Positions 29,362 through 39,389 of a stretch of DNA of 48,305 nt are shown here, one piece after another. Source of the stretch: Deltaproteobacteria bacterium (GTDB lineage: Bacteria > Myxococcota_A > UBA9160 > SMWR01); contig JAQBGU010000055.1 in assembly GCA_032128375.1 (NCBI GenBank), positions 1 to 48,305 of the forward strand, read 5' to 3'. The notes below the pieces were generated by a model that was not told the DNA's origin, did not search any database, and worked only from the letters and a program-made list of their open reading frames with translations. Each line of letters starts with the position of its first letter. The first letter of the stretch is position 1. Both the position numbers and the translations under genes were made by a program.

Positions 29362-30720
29362 ATGCGGGACAAACGCCTGCGGGCCCTATCGATCGCGGCG
29401 CTGGTGTTGATCGCCGCCGGCGCGCGTGCCGAGATGAGCATCGATGACCCGGCGCTTCGAATCCAACAAACGAGACTCGACAACGGCCTGACGGTGCTTG
29501 CGCTGGAGGACCACACGACACCTGTCGTGTCGTTCCAGATGTGGGTGCGCGTGGGGTCCCGCGATGAAGCTCGCCTGACCGGGCTCGCGCATCTATTCGA
29601 ACACATGATGTTCAAGGGGTCCAATGCGATCGAACCGGAGGAGCACGGCCGACTCATCGCCTCGCGTGGAGGGCGTTCCAACGCCTACACGACGCGCGAT
29701 GTGACCGTCTACACCTCCGAAGTGACTTCGCAGGCCCTGCCGCTGGTGATCGCGCTCGAGGCCGAGCGCTTGGCGAACCTCGACATTACCGAATCGACGC
29801 TCGACAGCGAGCGCGAGGTCGTGATCGAAGAGCGTCGCATGCGCACCGACGACAGTCCGGGAGGCAGGGGGCTCGAGGCGTTGTTCTCACTCGCGTTCCA
29901 GGCTCATCCGTATGGCTGGCCCGTGATCGGGTGGGCAAGTGACATCGCGAACTCGACCGTTGTCGCCTGCCGTGAGTTTTTCGCAGCGTACTATGTACCG
30001 AACAACATCACGCTCGTGATCGTCGGCGACTTCGACACTGCTTCTGCACTCGAGCAGATCGAGCAGGCGTTTGGCCATCTCGAGGCGGCGCCGAGCATTC
30101 CGCGAAATACCACTGAAGAGCCGCCGCAAGACGGAGTGCGCCGCGCGGTCGTGCACTTCGACGTGCAGAGCCCGACGCTGGCGTTTGCGTGGCGCGCGCC
30201 GCCTTCTGGGCACCCCGACTCGGAGCCCCTCGACGTGCTCAGCCAGATTCTCTCCGGTGGCCGGTCGAGCCGGTTGTATCGACGCTTGATCTACACCGAC
30301 CAGCTCGCACTATCCGCACACGGCGGTTATTGGGAGTGGGCTGACGCGGGTGTGTTCTACGCGTACGCGAGCGTTCGACCGGGTGAGCCGGTCGAACGGG
30401 TCGAGGATCTGCTGCTCGAAGAAATTTCAAAGCTTCGCGAAGACCCTGTCGACCCGTCGGAACTCGACAAGGCCAAACGACAAATTGAGGTGTCGATGGT
30501 GAGCGAGTTATCCACAAACCGCGCTTTGGCGAACCGGGTTGGTTACGAGGCGGTGGTGCTGGGCCGTATTCGCCCGCTGGTCGAACGACTCGCCGCTATC
30601 GAGTCGGTCAGCATTGCAGACGTTCAGCGAGTCGCACGAAAGTACCTGCGCAGCGACGGGCTCAACGTAGTCCAGGTGGTTTCCGAAACTGAAGCGCCAC
30701 TGGCTGGGCGCGGCTCGTGA
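29362..30720 (+). CDS. M16 family zinc peptidase, catalytic subunit
   Basis: HLFEH (HxxEH), NAYTT and HPYGWPVIG motifs; signal peptide. Confidence 0.93.
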   Translation: MRDKRLRALSIAALVLIAAGARAEMSIDDPALRIQQTRLDNGLTVLALEDHTTPVVSFQMWVRVGSRDEARLTGLAHLFEHMMFKGSNAIEPEEHGRLIASRGGRSNAYTTRDVTVYTSEVTSQALPLVIALEAERLANLDITESTLDSEREVVIEERRMRTDDSPGGRGLEALFSLAFQAHPYGWPVIGWASDIANSTVVACREFFAAYYVPNNITLVIVGDFDTASALEQIEQAFGHLEAAPSIPRNTTEEPPQDGVRRAVVHFDVQSPTLAFAWRAPPSGHPDSEPLDVLSQILSGGRSSRLYRRLIYTDQLALSAHGGYWEWADAGVFYAYASVRPGEPVERVEDLLLEEISKLREDPVDPSELDKAKRQIEVSMVSELSTNRALANRVGYEAVVLGRIRPLVERLAAIESVSIADVQRVARKYLRSDGLNVVQVVSETEAPLAGRGS

Positions 30721-32132
30721 GACGCCTTGGGTCTGTGATAGCGGCGTCGGTCGCAATCGGTTGCTCGGGCCCGAGTTCGACGCCGATCTGGGATCAACCC
30801 CCGCCGCCGGTAGTCGATGCGCCGATCGTGCAGCCGGGCGCGCTTCACCGCTACGAATTGGACAATGGACTCGTACTGGTCATGCTAGAAGACCATCGGT
30901 TGCCGATGGTTTCCATCGGCATGACGTTAAGGCGCGGCGCCGCATCCGAATCCATCGAGGAGGCCGGACTTGCACAGTTCGCCACCGAGCTGATGAAGCG
31001 CGGCGCTGGCGAGAGAGATGCACTGGCGCTTGCCAGCGCGACGGACCAGATCGGAGCGTCGCTCGGTGTTGCGGCTGACTTCGATTCGATGACCGCCCAG
31101 ATTGGAGCGCTTACCCGCGACCTGGACCGATTGATCGAGATCCTGGCCGACCTGGTGTTGCGGCCCCGCTTCGATCCCGCCGAAGCGCAGCGAACCCGCG
31201 ATGAACTGTTCGCAGCGATGGAGCGTGCGAAGCAGGAGCCAAACTATCTCGAGCAAAAGCAGGCGATCGCGACGTTGTACCCCGGTCTACGCGCCGGGCT
31301 GCCGATCTCTGGTACGCCAGAGAGCGTCGCCAGATTCGACTCCCAAATTGCGCGCGAGTTTCACGGTCGCATGTTCATTCCGAACAACGCCGTGTTCTTC
31401 GCTTCGGGCGATATCGTGCCCGAAGAGCTGCTCGCTCGCGTTGGCTCCGCGTTCGGTGCGTGGCCCGCCGGCGAGATCCCGGCTGCGGGCTCACCACTGC
31501 CGACTCCGGTACCCCTCGAGCGGCAGATCGTCATCGTCGACCGCCCCGATTTGGTCCAGACCCGCATCACGTTGATCCACGAAGGCCTTGCGCGGACCGA
31601 CCCCGAACGCATCTCCGCCAGCTTGCTGAATTCTGTTGTCGGTGGCGGCGGTTTTTCCTCGCGGCTGACGAAGCGCCTTCGCTCCGATGCCGGGTTGACC
31701 TACGGCGTAGACTCCGGCTTCAGCATGTATCGTGAGGGGGGGAATTTTTCGGTCTCCACGTTCACGCGGGTTGCCGAAGTGCGGCGAGTGATCGACATCA
31801 TCCTCTCCGAGCTGGAGTTGGTTCGGACCAGTCCACCATCCCAGCAAGAACTCGACAATGCGCGCGCGCTGGCCGTCGGCGGGTTCCAGCTTGGGCTCGA
31901 AACATCTCATGCTCTGCTGGCAGCTTTGGTCAATTTGAACGTTTACTCGCTGCCGGAAAACAGCATTGACACCTACCGAAGCCGGATTCGAGCCACAACG
32001 ACCGAGGACACCCGTCGACTCGCCCAACAGCTCATCCACCCCGAGCGCGCCGGGATCGTACTGGTGGGACCGGCCGAGGTGCTCGTGGCGCAACTCGAAG
32101 GGCTCGGCCCCGTAACAGTGATCACGCCCTAG
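30717..32132 (+). CDS. M16 family non-catalytic partner subunit, lipoprotein-like
   Basis: No HxxEH; GGGGFSSRL...GLTYG motif; AIGC lipobox-like site; GTGA overlap. Confidence 0.9.
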   Translation: MRRLGSVIAASVAIGCSGPSSTPIWDQPPPPVVDAPIVQPGALHRYELDNGLVLVMLEDHRLPMVSIGMTLRRGAASESIEEAGLAQFATELMKRGAGERDALALASATDQIGASLGVAADFDSMTAQIGALTRDLDRLIEILADLVLRPRFDPAEAQRTRDELFAAMERAKQEPNYLEQKQAIATLYPGLRAGLPISGTPESVARFDSQIAREFHGRMFIPNNAVFFASGDIVPEELLARVGSAFGAWPAGEIPAAGSPLPTPVPLERQIVIVDRPDLVQTRITLIHEGLARTDPERISASLLNSVVGGGGFSSRLTKRLRSDAGLTYGVDSGFSMYREGGNFSVSTFTRVAEVRRVIDIILSELELVRTSPPSQQELDNARALAVGGFQLGLETSHALLAALVNLNVYSLPENSIDTYRSRIRATTTEDTRRLAQQLIHPERAGIVLVGPAEVLVAQLEGLGPVTVITP

Positions 32133-32176
32133 AGCCCGATACAGCCCCATCGGTTCCTCGCGTTGTCACGTCGACT

Positions 32177-32823
32177 TTGAGGCATTGGACCGGAGCCATC
32201 TGCCAGACCATCGACGAGGCCAGACACATCGAGGCTTTCTCCAAGTTTATTCAGCGCAGGATGGGAACGATCTATCCCATTGGGGGCACCCTGAAGGTCC
32301 TGCTCGACCGGTTGCTGGTTGCGGATACCGCAAACAAGAAGTGCCTGGGGATGCAGACGTTGTTCGAGGGAATGGCGGTCGGGATCATGGATATGATGCG
32401 CCGAGAATCGCGCAACCCGCTGATGGCCGAACTCATCGAGCGCGTCGAGCAGGACGAGGCGCGTCACGCGGCCTTCGGTGTGTTGATGATGCGGCGAATG
32501 GTGAACGATGCAGCGCCTGCGGAATTGCACTCGATGGCGGACGGGGCGTTCGAGATACTCGAGGCGCTCAACGCTGGCCAGCAACTCGACATGTTGCGGC
32601 TGCTGGGTCCCAAGTACGATATCGATCCCGAGTGACCATCAGGATGGCCCTGGCGCTACCCAACTTCGCGGATTTCAACAGCCTGATCTATATGCACACT
32701 GTCATTCCCAACCTGAAGGAGCTGGGTCTCATCACCGAACGCACCGAAGACCAGTGGCGCAAGCTGGGCATGATGACCGACAAGCGCACACAAGCGTCCC
32801 TTGATTTCGGGCTGGAGAACTGA
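32177..32823 (+). pseudogene. Ferritin-like diiron protein remnant, 5'-truncated and frameshifted near 32632
   Basis: Two DEARH motifs and FEGMA. After DIDPE another frame continues VTIRMALALPNF...IPNLKELGLITER. Confidence 0.75.
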
Positions 32824-32929
32824 CGAGCTCGCTGGCCTCGTGCTGGGCGGTGCGCGCTAGCCGAGCCGATCCAACAAGCGGGGAGTCGAAATCGCGGCCG
32901 GATGCAGAATCGGCGGCGAAGAGCACGCG

Positions 32930-33409
32930 CTACGGATCGGGCTCTTCGCCGTTGGGAATTTCTCGGCTTGCGCTTTTCGCTGTGGAAAACGCGTCCAGTG
33001 ACCGGTCGATCGCGTTTTTGGCGGTCGCCGTCATCCCACCCCGTTCGTACTGTTCGACGATCAGGTTCTCGAGCCGGGCGACGACCGAATCGACCGTGTC
33101 TTGTGCGGCATCCAGATGGCCTCTCGTTTGGCTGGAGCGGTGGCCGTGTAGATCGCCGAACAAGTTGATCCAGTCCTCCGTCCGGCGCCCCGCATCCAAC
33201 ACGTCGTAGAACAGCCGGCCGGGTTTTTCGCCACCGCTGATCAGGTCGAGCGCTCCCGCAACCAGGCTTACCGGAACCAGCGCGAGATCTCGCAACGCAT
33301 CGACGCCGACTTTCAACTGGAACACCGCGATGTCGCGGATCAGTTCCCAGCGGGTTGCTCGGCGCTGCGGCGTGTGGCTTGCGTCCATTGATTGATCGGA
33401 TGCTACCAC
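32930..33409 (-). CDS. Hypothetical protein
   Basis: Helical ORF (FQLKVGVDALRD, EDWINLFG). The start may be ATG 33388. Confidence 0.72.
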   Translation of the reverse strand: MVASDQSMDASHTPQRRATRWELIRDIAVFQLKVGVDALRDLALVPVSLVAGALDLISGGEKPGRLFYDVLDAGRRTEDWINLFGDLHGHRSSQTRGHLDAAQDTVDSVVARLENLIVEQYERGGMTATAKNAIDRSLDAFSTAKSASREIPNGEEPDP

Positions 33410-33447
33410 GCCGACTCACAGCACGTCCGCCGCGGCGCAGGTGCCGG

Positions 33448-34434
33448 TCATTTTGCGATCGGGCTCACCCAGTGCCTTTCAAAGTCGGACCATTCCGCGT
33501 CATTGGTGACCCAATTCGCATAGATCGAAGCGCCGCCAAAACACTGTGGACGCATCGGAAACGACTCGAGAGCCGAGCGGATCCCAAGCGACGCAGTGCG
33601 GATGTTTTCGACATGAGAGAGCTTGGAGTTGGGAGTGTCTTGAAATGCCGGAATTCCGATCAACAGCTGGTGGCTTCGGGCCGCGCAGGCCCACTGCGCG
33701 AGCCGGCGCGTCTGGTCGCGGACGAATGCGACGTATATCGGCTCGAATCGAAGGTTCGCGTTGTAGGCCATCAACACTGTCTGGTTCGCCACGTCCATCG
33801 TCGCTCGATAAAAGCCCGCGGACCAGAAGTTCCGGCCGATTCCGGCGAGCGGTATGCCAAGCAAGGCCGATGGCGGAGTCGCTTGGCTGATGATCCACGC
33901 GTCGCCCAGCTGAGCCCGCACCGTTGCCAGCAACTCCAGGTAGCCCGGCTCTGCGTCCCTCAACGGCTCGATATTGAAATGAACACCGTCGAATCCTTCG
34001 GTCCGCAGCCGTTCGTTCTGGGTCGCAATGTTCGATCGCCAGGTCGCCTGATCGAGAGCAATCCGGTCTAGTCGCGCCCCGAGCCAGGCCAGGAACACGC
34101 CTTCCGGGTAGGCAGCTCGGAGCTGTGCGAACAGCGGTGCTGCCGAGTCTTCAATGTCGCCTCCTGCGCGCGCCGGGCCAACGTGCACGAACACATAGCG
34201 GACGTTCGCCGCACGCAACCGTGCGATCAAATGAGCGACGTCTTCGGGTGGGACCGCCTCACCGGTCTGTACCTCGCGGCCTGTGTACCACTTGTGGCCG
34301 ATCCACAACCCATTGGCGCCTGTGTCGAAACTCGCTGAGCCAACCGGATGACCGAGCCACGACACTGCGATCGAAACAATCGCTGCCGCGATCAGAAGCG
34401 GGGCCCAGATCTTCCAGTTGCTGGAGATTCGCAA
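33448..34434 (-). CDS. Membrane-anchored GH18-like TIM-barrel protein
   Basis: N-terminal TM helix; GFDGVHFNIEP (variant of DxxDxDxE), LMAYN and LIGIP motifs. Confidence 0.65.
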   Translation of the reverse strand: MRISSNWKIWAPLLIAAAIVSIAVSWLGHPVGSASFDTGANGLWIGHKWYTGREVQTGEAVPPEDVAHLIARLRAANVRYVFVHVGPARAGGDIEDSAAPLFAQLRAAYPEGVFLAWLGARLDRIALDQATWRSNIATQNERLRTEGFDGVHFNIEPLRDAEPGYLELLATVRAQLGDAWIISQATPPSALLGIPLAGIGRNFWSAGFYRATMDVANQTVLMAYNANLRFEPIYVAFVRDQTRRLAQWACAARSHQLLIGIPAFQDTPNSKLSHVENIRTASLGIRSALESFPMRPQCFGGASIYANWVTNDAEWSDFERHWVSPIAK

Positions 34435-34523
34435 AATGCCATCCGCACGGGGAGACGATCAACGATACCAGCCCCCCCGCCCGATCGCGTGCCCGAGCGC
34501 GGCGGCTGATCACAGGCGGGCTG

Positions 34524-35348
34524 TCAAGCCGACAGGTTGCCGGGAGCTCGGCTTGCTTGCCGTCGGGATTCGACTCGCGTTTTCGACTGGCGATCGCTCC
34601 ACCACAGATAGATGATCGCGCCGAGTGGTGCCGAGACCGACACATGCCACGGCTCGAATGAGGCGGCCTTTTGCATCTCTACGCCCAGCACGGTGATTGC
34701 CATCGGGACGAACGAAAACAGCCGCTCGTCCGCTGGGCCTGGGATCCACACCGCGGTCGCTCGTCCAACACCCGTGAGGATGACCGGGATCCACGCCCAG
34801 CCGACTCCTGATTCGCGTCGCAAGCACTGGACGGTGGCGTACAGCATCAGTGCGGGAACGAGGAGCAACGCGATCAGTACGTAGTAGTGAACGTAGGAAA
34901 TATCAGTCATGACAAACGGAAAGAGATCGGAGAGTTCCAACGGAGCCGAATTGAATCTCAATCCGATCAGTTTCGGCCCGCCCTCGGTGTCCGTCACCTG
35001 ACCGACCGCCAATAGCGCCCTGTCTGGTCCGCTGAGGTGGTAGATGATCGTAGTGACGGGAACTCCCTCGGCCGAGTATCCCGACTCCTCCGTCACGAGC
35101 TGTGGGTCGACTTGATCCTCGAGTCCCAATATTCGGATGGAGCCCGCAATCTGGTCTAGCGAAATCTCCGACAGCGATTCGGGAGCAAACAGCGGAATGA
35201 CCGCACTGATTTCGCCACGCTCGATGTGTCCGAGGCTGCGCAGCACGAGCTCCTGCGGCGTTTCTCGTTCACCGGCTCCCGCGACGTGGGACCACACGAT
35301 CGCGGCAAGCACGATCGCGAGCGCAGCTCTCCAATCAATCGAACTCAC
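34524..35348 (-). CDS. Hypothetical membrane protein
   Basis: Signal peptide, soluble domain and several C-terminal hydrophobic segments. Confidence 0.65.
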   Translation of the reverse strand: MSSIDWRAALAIVLAAIVWSHVAGAGERETPQELVLRSLGHIERGEISAVIPLFAPESLSEISLDQIAGSIRILGLEDQVDPQLVTEESGYSAEGVPVTTIIYHLSGPDRALLAVGQVTDTEGGPKLIGLRFNSAPLELSDLFPFVMTDISYVHYYVLIALLLVPALMLYATVQCLRRESGVGWAWIPVILTGVGRATAVWIPGPADERLFSFVPMAITVLGVEMQKAASFEPWHVSVSAPLGAIIYLWWSDRQSKTRVESRRQASRAPGNLSA

Positions 35349-35436
35349 TTTTTTTCCACTGATCTCGCTCGGCGATCATCGTAGCAGACAGCTGTCGGCC
35401 ACGTCCTCGGATCGCCGACAGACCATAGCGGGCCTG

Positions 35437-36429
35437 CTAGCTGCGTTGCGCCGGTTTGGACTGGTAGCGGCGCAGTGCGCCACGGTGTTCGTTCTGGACA
35501 TCTCGCCGAAGCGCCTCCGGTTCGAGCACTTCGGCGCCCGAGCCGAACGAGAGAATCCAGGTGCGCAAATCGGGTGTGTTTCCGACGTGCATCGTCAACT
35601 CTACACTGCCGGCTTTGCCCTTCCCGAAACGCTGGCTCGCGTGCCAGGTGCGCTCTTGGACATAAGTTGCCCATCGACGGTCGAAGCGAATCCGGACCTG
35701 GACGGCAGATTCGGCAATCACGCCGAACGATGAGCCGATGTAGTCATCGAAATCGAAACTTTGGCGCAACTCGAAGCGAGTGCCGGTTGCGCTGATTTCG
35801 CGAATTCGGTCGACTGCAAAGGTCCGGATTTCGTCGGACTTGTGGTCGAGCCCGACCACATACAAGCCACCGCTCCGGTACCAGACGCGATAGGGGTCGA
35901 GGTCTCGGGCGGCGACGGAACCCGTTCGCCCCGTCTGGTAGCGCATGTGGACCGTGCGTCGCCCCAAAACAGCGCCGTTCAGGGTCTGGATGGTGTCCTT
36001 GTAGAGTGCGTAGTTCTTGTGCGGGCCCGGCAGCACGCGGAAAGACTCGGCGAGCCGCGCGAGATAGGCGGACAGTTCAGGGCCAAGACCCGCCCGGATC
36101 TTCGCAAGTGCCGAGCGAATGGAATCGTGGAAGACTGTGCCTTCGAGCGTCCGCAGCAGATCTTCGCTGAACGCGAGAGCGAGGATTTCGTCCGACGTAA
36201 ACGGCACATCACCGAGTCGAAACGTGTCCAGGAATCGGTAGTAGGCGCGCCCGTCACGCATCTGACTGATCACTGGGAAGCCGGCGAACATCAAGGCGTC
36301 GAGATCGCGATATACCGTTCGTCGTACACAGCCCAGTTCTTCGGCCAAGTCGTCCAATGCGGCGCCCGCCTGGCTCTTGGCCAGCCGCTGAATCAGTTGC
36401 CACTGCCTCGAGAGCTGGTCGCCGCGCAT
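35437..36429 (-). CDS. HTH-WYL-WCX transcriptional regulator (YafY/PafBC-like)
   Basis: LAEELGCVRRTVYRDLDAL wHTH; DPYRV..GLYVVG..IRTFAVDRI WYL domain; WILSFGSGAEVLEP. Confidence 0.92.
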   Translation of the reverse strand: MRGDQLSRQWQLIQRLAKSQAGAALDDLAEELGCVRRTVYRDLDALMFAGFPVISQMRDGRAYYRFLDTFRLGDVPFTSDEILALAFSEDLLRTLEGTVFHDSIRSALAKIRAGLGPELSAYLARLAESFRVLPGPHKNYALYKDTIQTLNGAVLGRRTVHMRYQTGRTGSVAARDLDPYRVWYRSGGLYVVGLDHKSDEIRTFAVDRIREISATGTRFELRQSFDFDDYIGSSFGVIAESAVQVRIRFDRRWATYVQERTWHASQRFGKGKAGSVELTMHVGNTPDLRTWILSFGSGAEVLEPEALRRDVQNEHRGALRRYQSKPAQRS

Positions 36430-36430
36430 G

Positions 36431-37708
36431 CTAGCTATTGCTGCCGATTGACTCGTCGGAGAAGAACGCCACCAGTTCCTCCTCTCGAGCCTTCGCGTCG
36501 CGGTATCCGAGCTCGGTCAACGGACCGAGAAACTCGCCATCGAACAGCAGGTAGGAAAGCAAGTCCGATTCGGATGGCCCGCGACCGCCGATGCCGCGCA
36601 TCGCCAGGCGAAGCAGCGGCGAGCGCGATCGATCCTCTGGCATTGTTTCGAGCACTTCCGCTGCCAGGACCCCGAGGTCACGAGACGGGCGAATCACCAG
36701 GTCGTGTATCGTGCGGAAGCGGTGGCCTCGCTCCCGGATCGAGACCTCGTTGATTTTTTCCGTGAAGTCGGGACCGAATGCTTTGATACCATCCTCGAGG
36801 ATTTCATTCATCACATGCATCCTCGCCAGGTCCGTATCGAGATGGTCGAGGAGCAGCGCGTTGAGGACTTTTCCGAAGAGGAACAGCGGGCTTGCATAGT
36901 CTTCGATGTTGTGGTCGCTCGTGGCGATCTCGTGTGCCCGGGTCATGTGCTGACGCAGCGCGACCACCAGCACGCGGTCTGCACCGAGCCGAAGCGCTGG
37001 GGCCAGCGGAGTGTTGAGGCGGAGTCCCCCGTCTGCGTAGTAGGTCCGCCCCACGCGTACCGCTGGGAACAGCAATGGGATCGCAGCCGATGCAAGTGCA
37101 TGAACCGGGAGCAGCCGGGTGGGGCGCGAAACGATCATCGGGTCCCCCGTCCACATCGGTAGTTTCTTGCGGTCACGGTTCTCGATGAAAATCGCAACGC
37201 GTCCACTGGCGATCTGTGTGGCCGCGATGCAGACGGCTTCGACGTTCCCCTGACGAATATTGTCGCGCAGTCCGCGCCACGGAATCGCGCGTACGACCAT
37301 CCGCTCCAGGGGTTCTGTGTTCAGCAGACCGTAAAGGCGCTCGGGCGCTACGCCATGATTGCTGTCATTGCCCCGGAAGCCGAGTAGGCGCGAGGGGAGC
37401 CGCAACAGGTCGCGCGCGGACAACGGGATGACCTCGTCGATTCGCATCTGTGTCCAGAAGTCCACCAGCCGGGAGCCGCGATCGGCAGCCATGTTGGCTG
37501 TCGCCGCCAGATAGCAAGCGTGAATCGCTCCCACCGACGTGCCGCACAGGATGTCGAATTGGACTGGGTGGCCGAGTCGCTTGGGAAGTTCGCTGACCAG
37601 GTAGTGAACGACGCCAGCCTCATACGCGCCGCGAGCTCCACCACCCGAAAAGACCAGCGCCCGCTTCGGCTTGCGGCCGCCCTGGCTCGTGGGGTGAGAA
37701 TCAGCCAA
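36431..37708 (-). CDS. Patatin-like phospholipase
   Basis: SGGGARGAY, GTSVG and DGG motifs. The TTG start overlaps the efp stop; the ORF track starts at 37756. Confidence 0.92.
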   Translation of the reverse strand: MADSHPTSQGGRKPKRALVFSGGGARGAYEAGVVHYLVSELPKRLGHPVQFDILCGTSVGAIHACYLAATANMAADRGSRLVDFWTQMRIDEVIPLSARDLLRLPSRLLGFRGNDSNHGVAPERLYGLLNTEPLERMVVRAIPWRGLRDNIRQGNVEAVCIAATQIASGRVAIFIENRDRKKLPMWTGDPMIVSRPTRLLPVHALASAAIPLLFPAVRVGRTYYADGGLRLNTPLAPALRLGADRVLVVALRQHMTRAHEIATSDHNIEDYASPLFLFGKVLNALLLDHLDTDLARMHVMNEILEDGIKAFGPDFTEKINEVSIRERGHRFRTIHDLVIRPSRDLGVLAAEVLETMPEDRSRSPLLRLAMRGIGGRGPSESDLLSYLLFDGEFLGPLTELGYRDAKAREEELVAFFSDESIGSNS

Positions 37709-38264
37709 CTCGTTCGACGTAGTCCCCGGAGCGGGTGTCGACCCGAATCCGCTCACCTTCCTTCAGAAATAGCGGGACGGTCACGACCGCGCCTGTTTCG
37801 ATGGTCGCGGGCTTGGTCGCGCCCTGAGCCGTATCTCCCTTCATCCCTGGATCACACTGCGTGATCTCGGCTTCGATGAAAGGGGGAAGTTCTACGTTGA
37901 TCGGTTTGCCGTTCCAGAACAAGACTTCGCAGTCGAGATTCTCGGTCAGGTACTTCCTGGCGTCGCCTACCTGATCCAGTGTGAACGGGGTCTGGTCGTA
38001 GGTCTCGGTGTCCATGAAGACAAGGCTATCGCCATCGAAGTACAGGAACTGCATCTTGCGTTCCTCGATGTCGGGGGCTTCAACCTTCTCACCGGCGCGA
38101 AACGTCTTGTCGACGACTTTGCTGTTGCGCAGATTCTTGAGCCTGGTGCGAACGAAAGCGCCGCCCTTGCCGGGTTTGACGTGTTGAAACGTTACGATCG
38201 TATAGGGCTCGCCCCCGATCTCGATCTTGAGGCCGTTCTTGAAGTCGGATGTTGCCAGCGCCAT
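37701..38264 (-). CDS. efp: Elongation factor P
   Basis: FQHVKPGKGGAFVRT, KGDTAQGATKPA and VDTRSGDYVER motifs. Confidence 0.97.
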   Translation of the reverse strand: MALATSDFKNGLKIEIGGEPYTIVTFQHVKPGKGGAFVRTRLKNLRNSKVVDKTFRAGEKVEAPDIEERKMQFLYFDGDSLVFMDTETYDQTPFTLDQVGDARKYLTENLDCEVLFWNGKPINVELPPFIEAEITQCDPGMKGDTAQGATKPATIETGAVVTVPLFLKEGERIRVDTRSGDYVERVG

Positions 38265-38372
38265 CGGTGCTCCCTTGGAATTCGGCGGGCGAACAATAGC
38301 CAAGGTCGGACCGAATCTCGCGTCGCAAAGTTCGCCGGATGCATGCCTCTACCAGGCCCCCAGCCGCAGCAA

Positions 38373-39389
38373 TCACGAGATCGAAGCGGTCTCGACTTTC
38401 AGCGCGCCGTCACCGGCTCGCGCCAAGCCGATCCGGTAGCGCGCGCGGAACCCGAGTTCTGACGCTGCGCGGGAGGTATCGAGCGTGAAGCCGTACCGCA
38501 ACTGGGGGCAGTCCAGGGGGCCGTCGCGCGATTCCAGACCGAGCGCGCGCGCCGCGGGCGATAGCCAGCGCAGCAGTGGTCCGGGCACGGGGATGCTGGG
38601 GCGTCCGGTCCAGTCCGCGACGACTGACAGGGGCACGGATTGGTCGCCGGCGATGTTGAAGATTCCCGAAACGGGAGTCCGGACGGCTGCTCGGACGGCG
38701 CCGGCAACGTCCTTGTCGGAAACCAATGCACAGATGGGATCGAACCCCAGCGCCCGCAGGCGAGTGCCCGGGCGCCCCGCGAGTGACGGGTTCATGTACA
38801 CGTATCCTCCCCCCGCGACCACCGTCGGAACGCGTAGCAGTACGACGGTGAGCCGATCGTTGTGCACCTCGCCGTGAAAGATCATGTCGCAGTCGATCCA
38901 GGATCGGATTTCGGGCGGAACCTCCGGGTCGAGGTCCAGCTCGCTCTCTTCGTTGAGACGGTTCGCATTTCCGGGTGGCGTTCGGTACACGAACGCACTG
39001 CCGATTGCGATCAGGTTTCGGATCGACGCAGTCTCCAGACAATACTGCAGTAGTAGCCGGCTCTCGGCTGTGCGCTCGGAGATGCCGCCCACCAGCGGCG
39101 GACTGTCGGCTGCTCCGGCACCGTGGCGAGGCACGTAGACGACCGTATCGATCTCGGCTGCTCGGAAGCGCGTCGAGTGAAACAGGTCGCTGATCGGCCG
39201 GTGCTTGGCGATGTCCACGCGCGAGTAGCTGACGCCGCTCTGGCCCCCAGTCAAGAATCGGTCGAACGAACGGGGGGGAGGGCCGTCTCCCAACGCAAAG
39301 ATCGACTCGACATCCTCATCGTGGAATAGCGTCTTCACGATCCGGCGCCCGATCGGTTCATCCGCGTGCGTGACCAGAACGCGCGCCAT
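38373..39389 (-). CDS. Extended-SDR/epimerase-like protein with degenerate Rossmann motif
   Basis: VLVTHADEPIG replaces TGxxGxxG; LGFDP and GIFNIAG match the paralog at 46259. Confidence 0.8.
   Translation of the reverse strand: MARVLVTHADEPIGRRIVKTLFHDEDVESIFALGDGPPPRSFDRFLTGGQSGVSYSRVDIAKHRPISDLFHSTRFRAAEIDTVVYVPRHGAGAADSPPLVGGISERTAESRLLLQYCLETASIRNLIAIGSAFVYRTPPGNANRLNEESELDLDPEVPPEIRSWIDCDMIFHGEVHNDRLTVVLLRVPTVVAGGGYVYMNPSLAGRPGTRLRALGFDPICALVSDKDVAGAVRAAVRTPVSGIFNIAGDQSVPLSVVADWTGRPSIPVPGPLLRWLSPAARALGLESRDGPLDCPQLRYGFTLDTSRAASELGFRARYRIGLARAGDGALKVETASIS

Noticed and set aside
36431..37708. CBASS CapV effector system
   Set aside because: No CD-NTase or cap2/cap3 genes in the window.
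431..38264. Translation-factor cluster (infA, fusA, yciH, efp, fmt-like)
   Set aside because: The genes are scattered over 38 kb in different operons and strands; no evidence of a functional unit.
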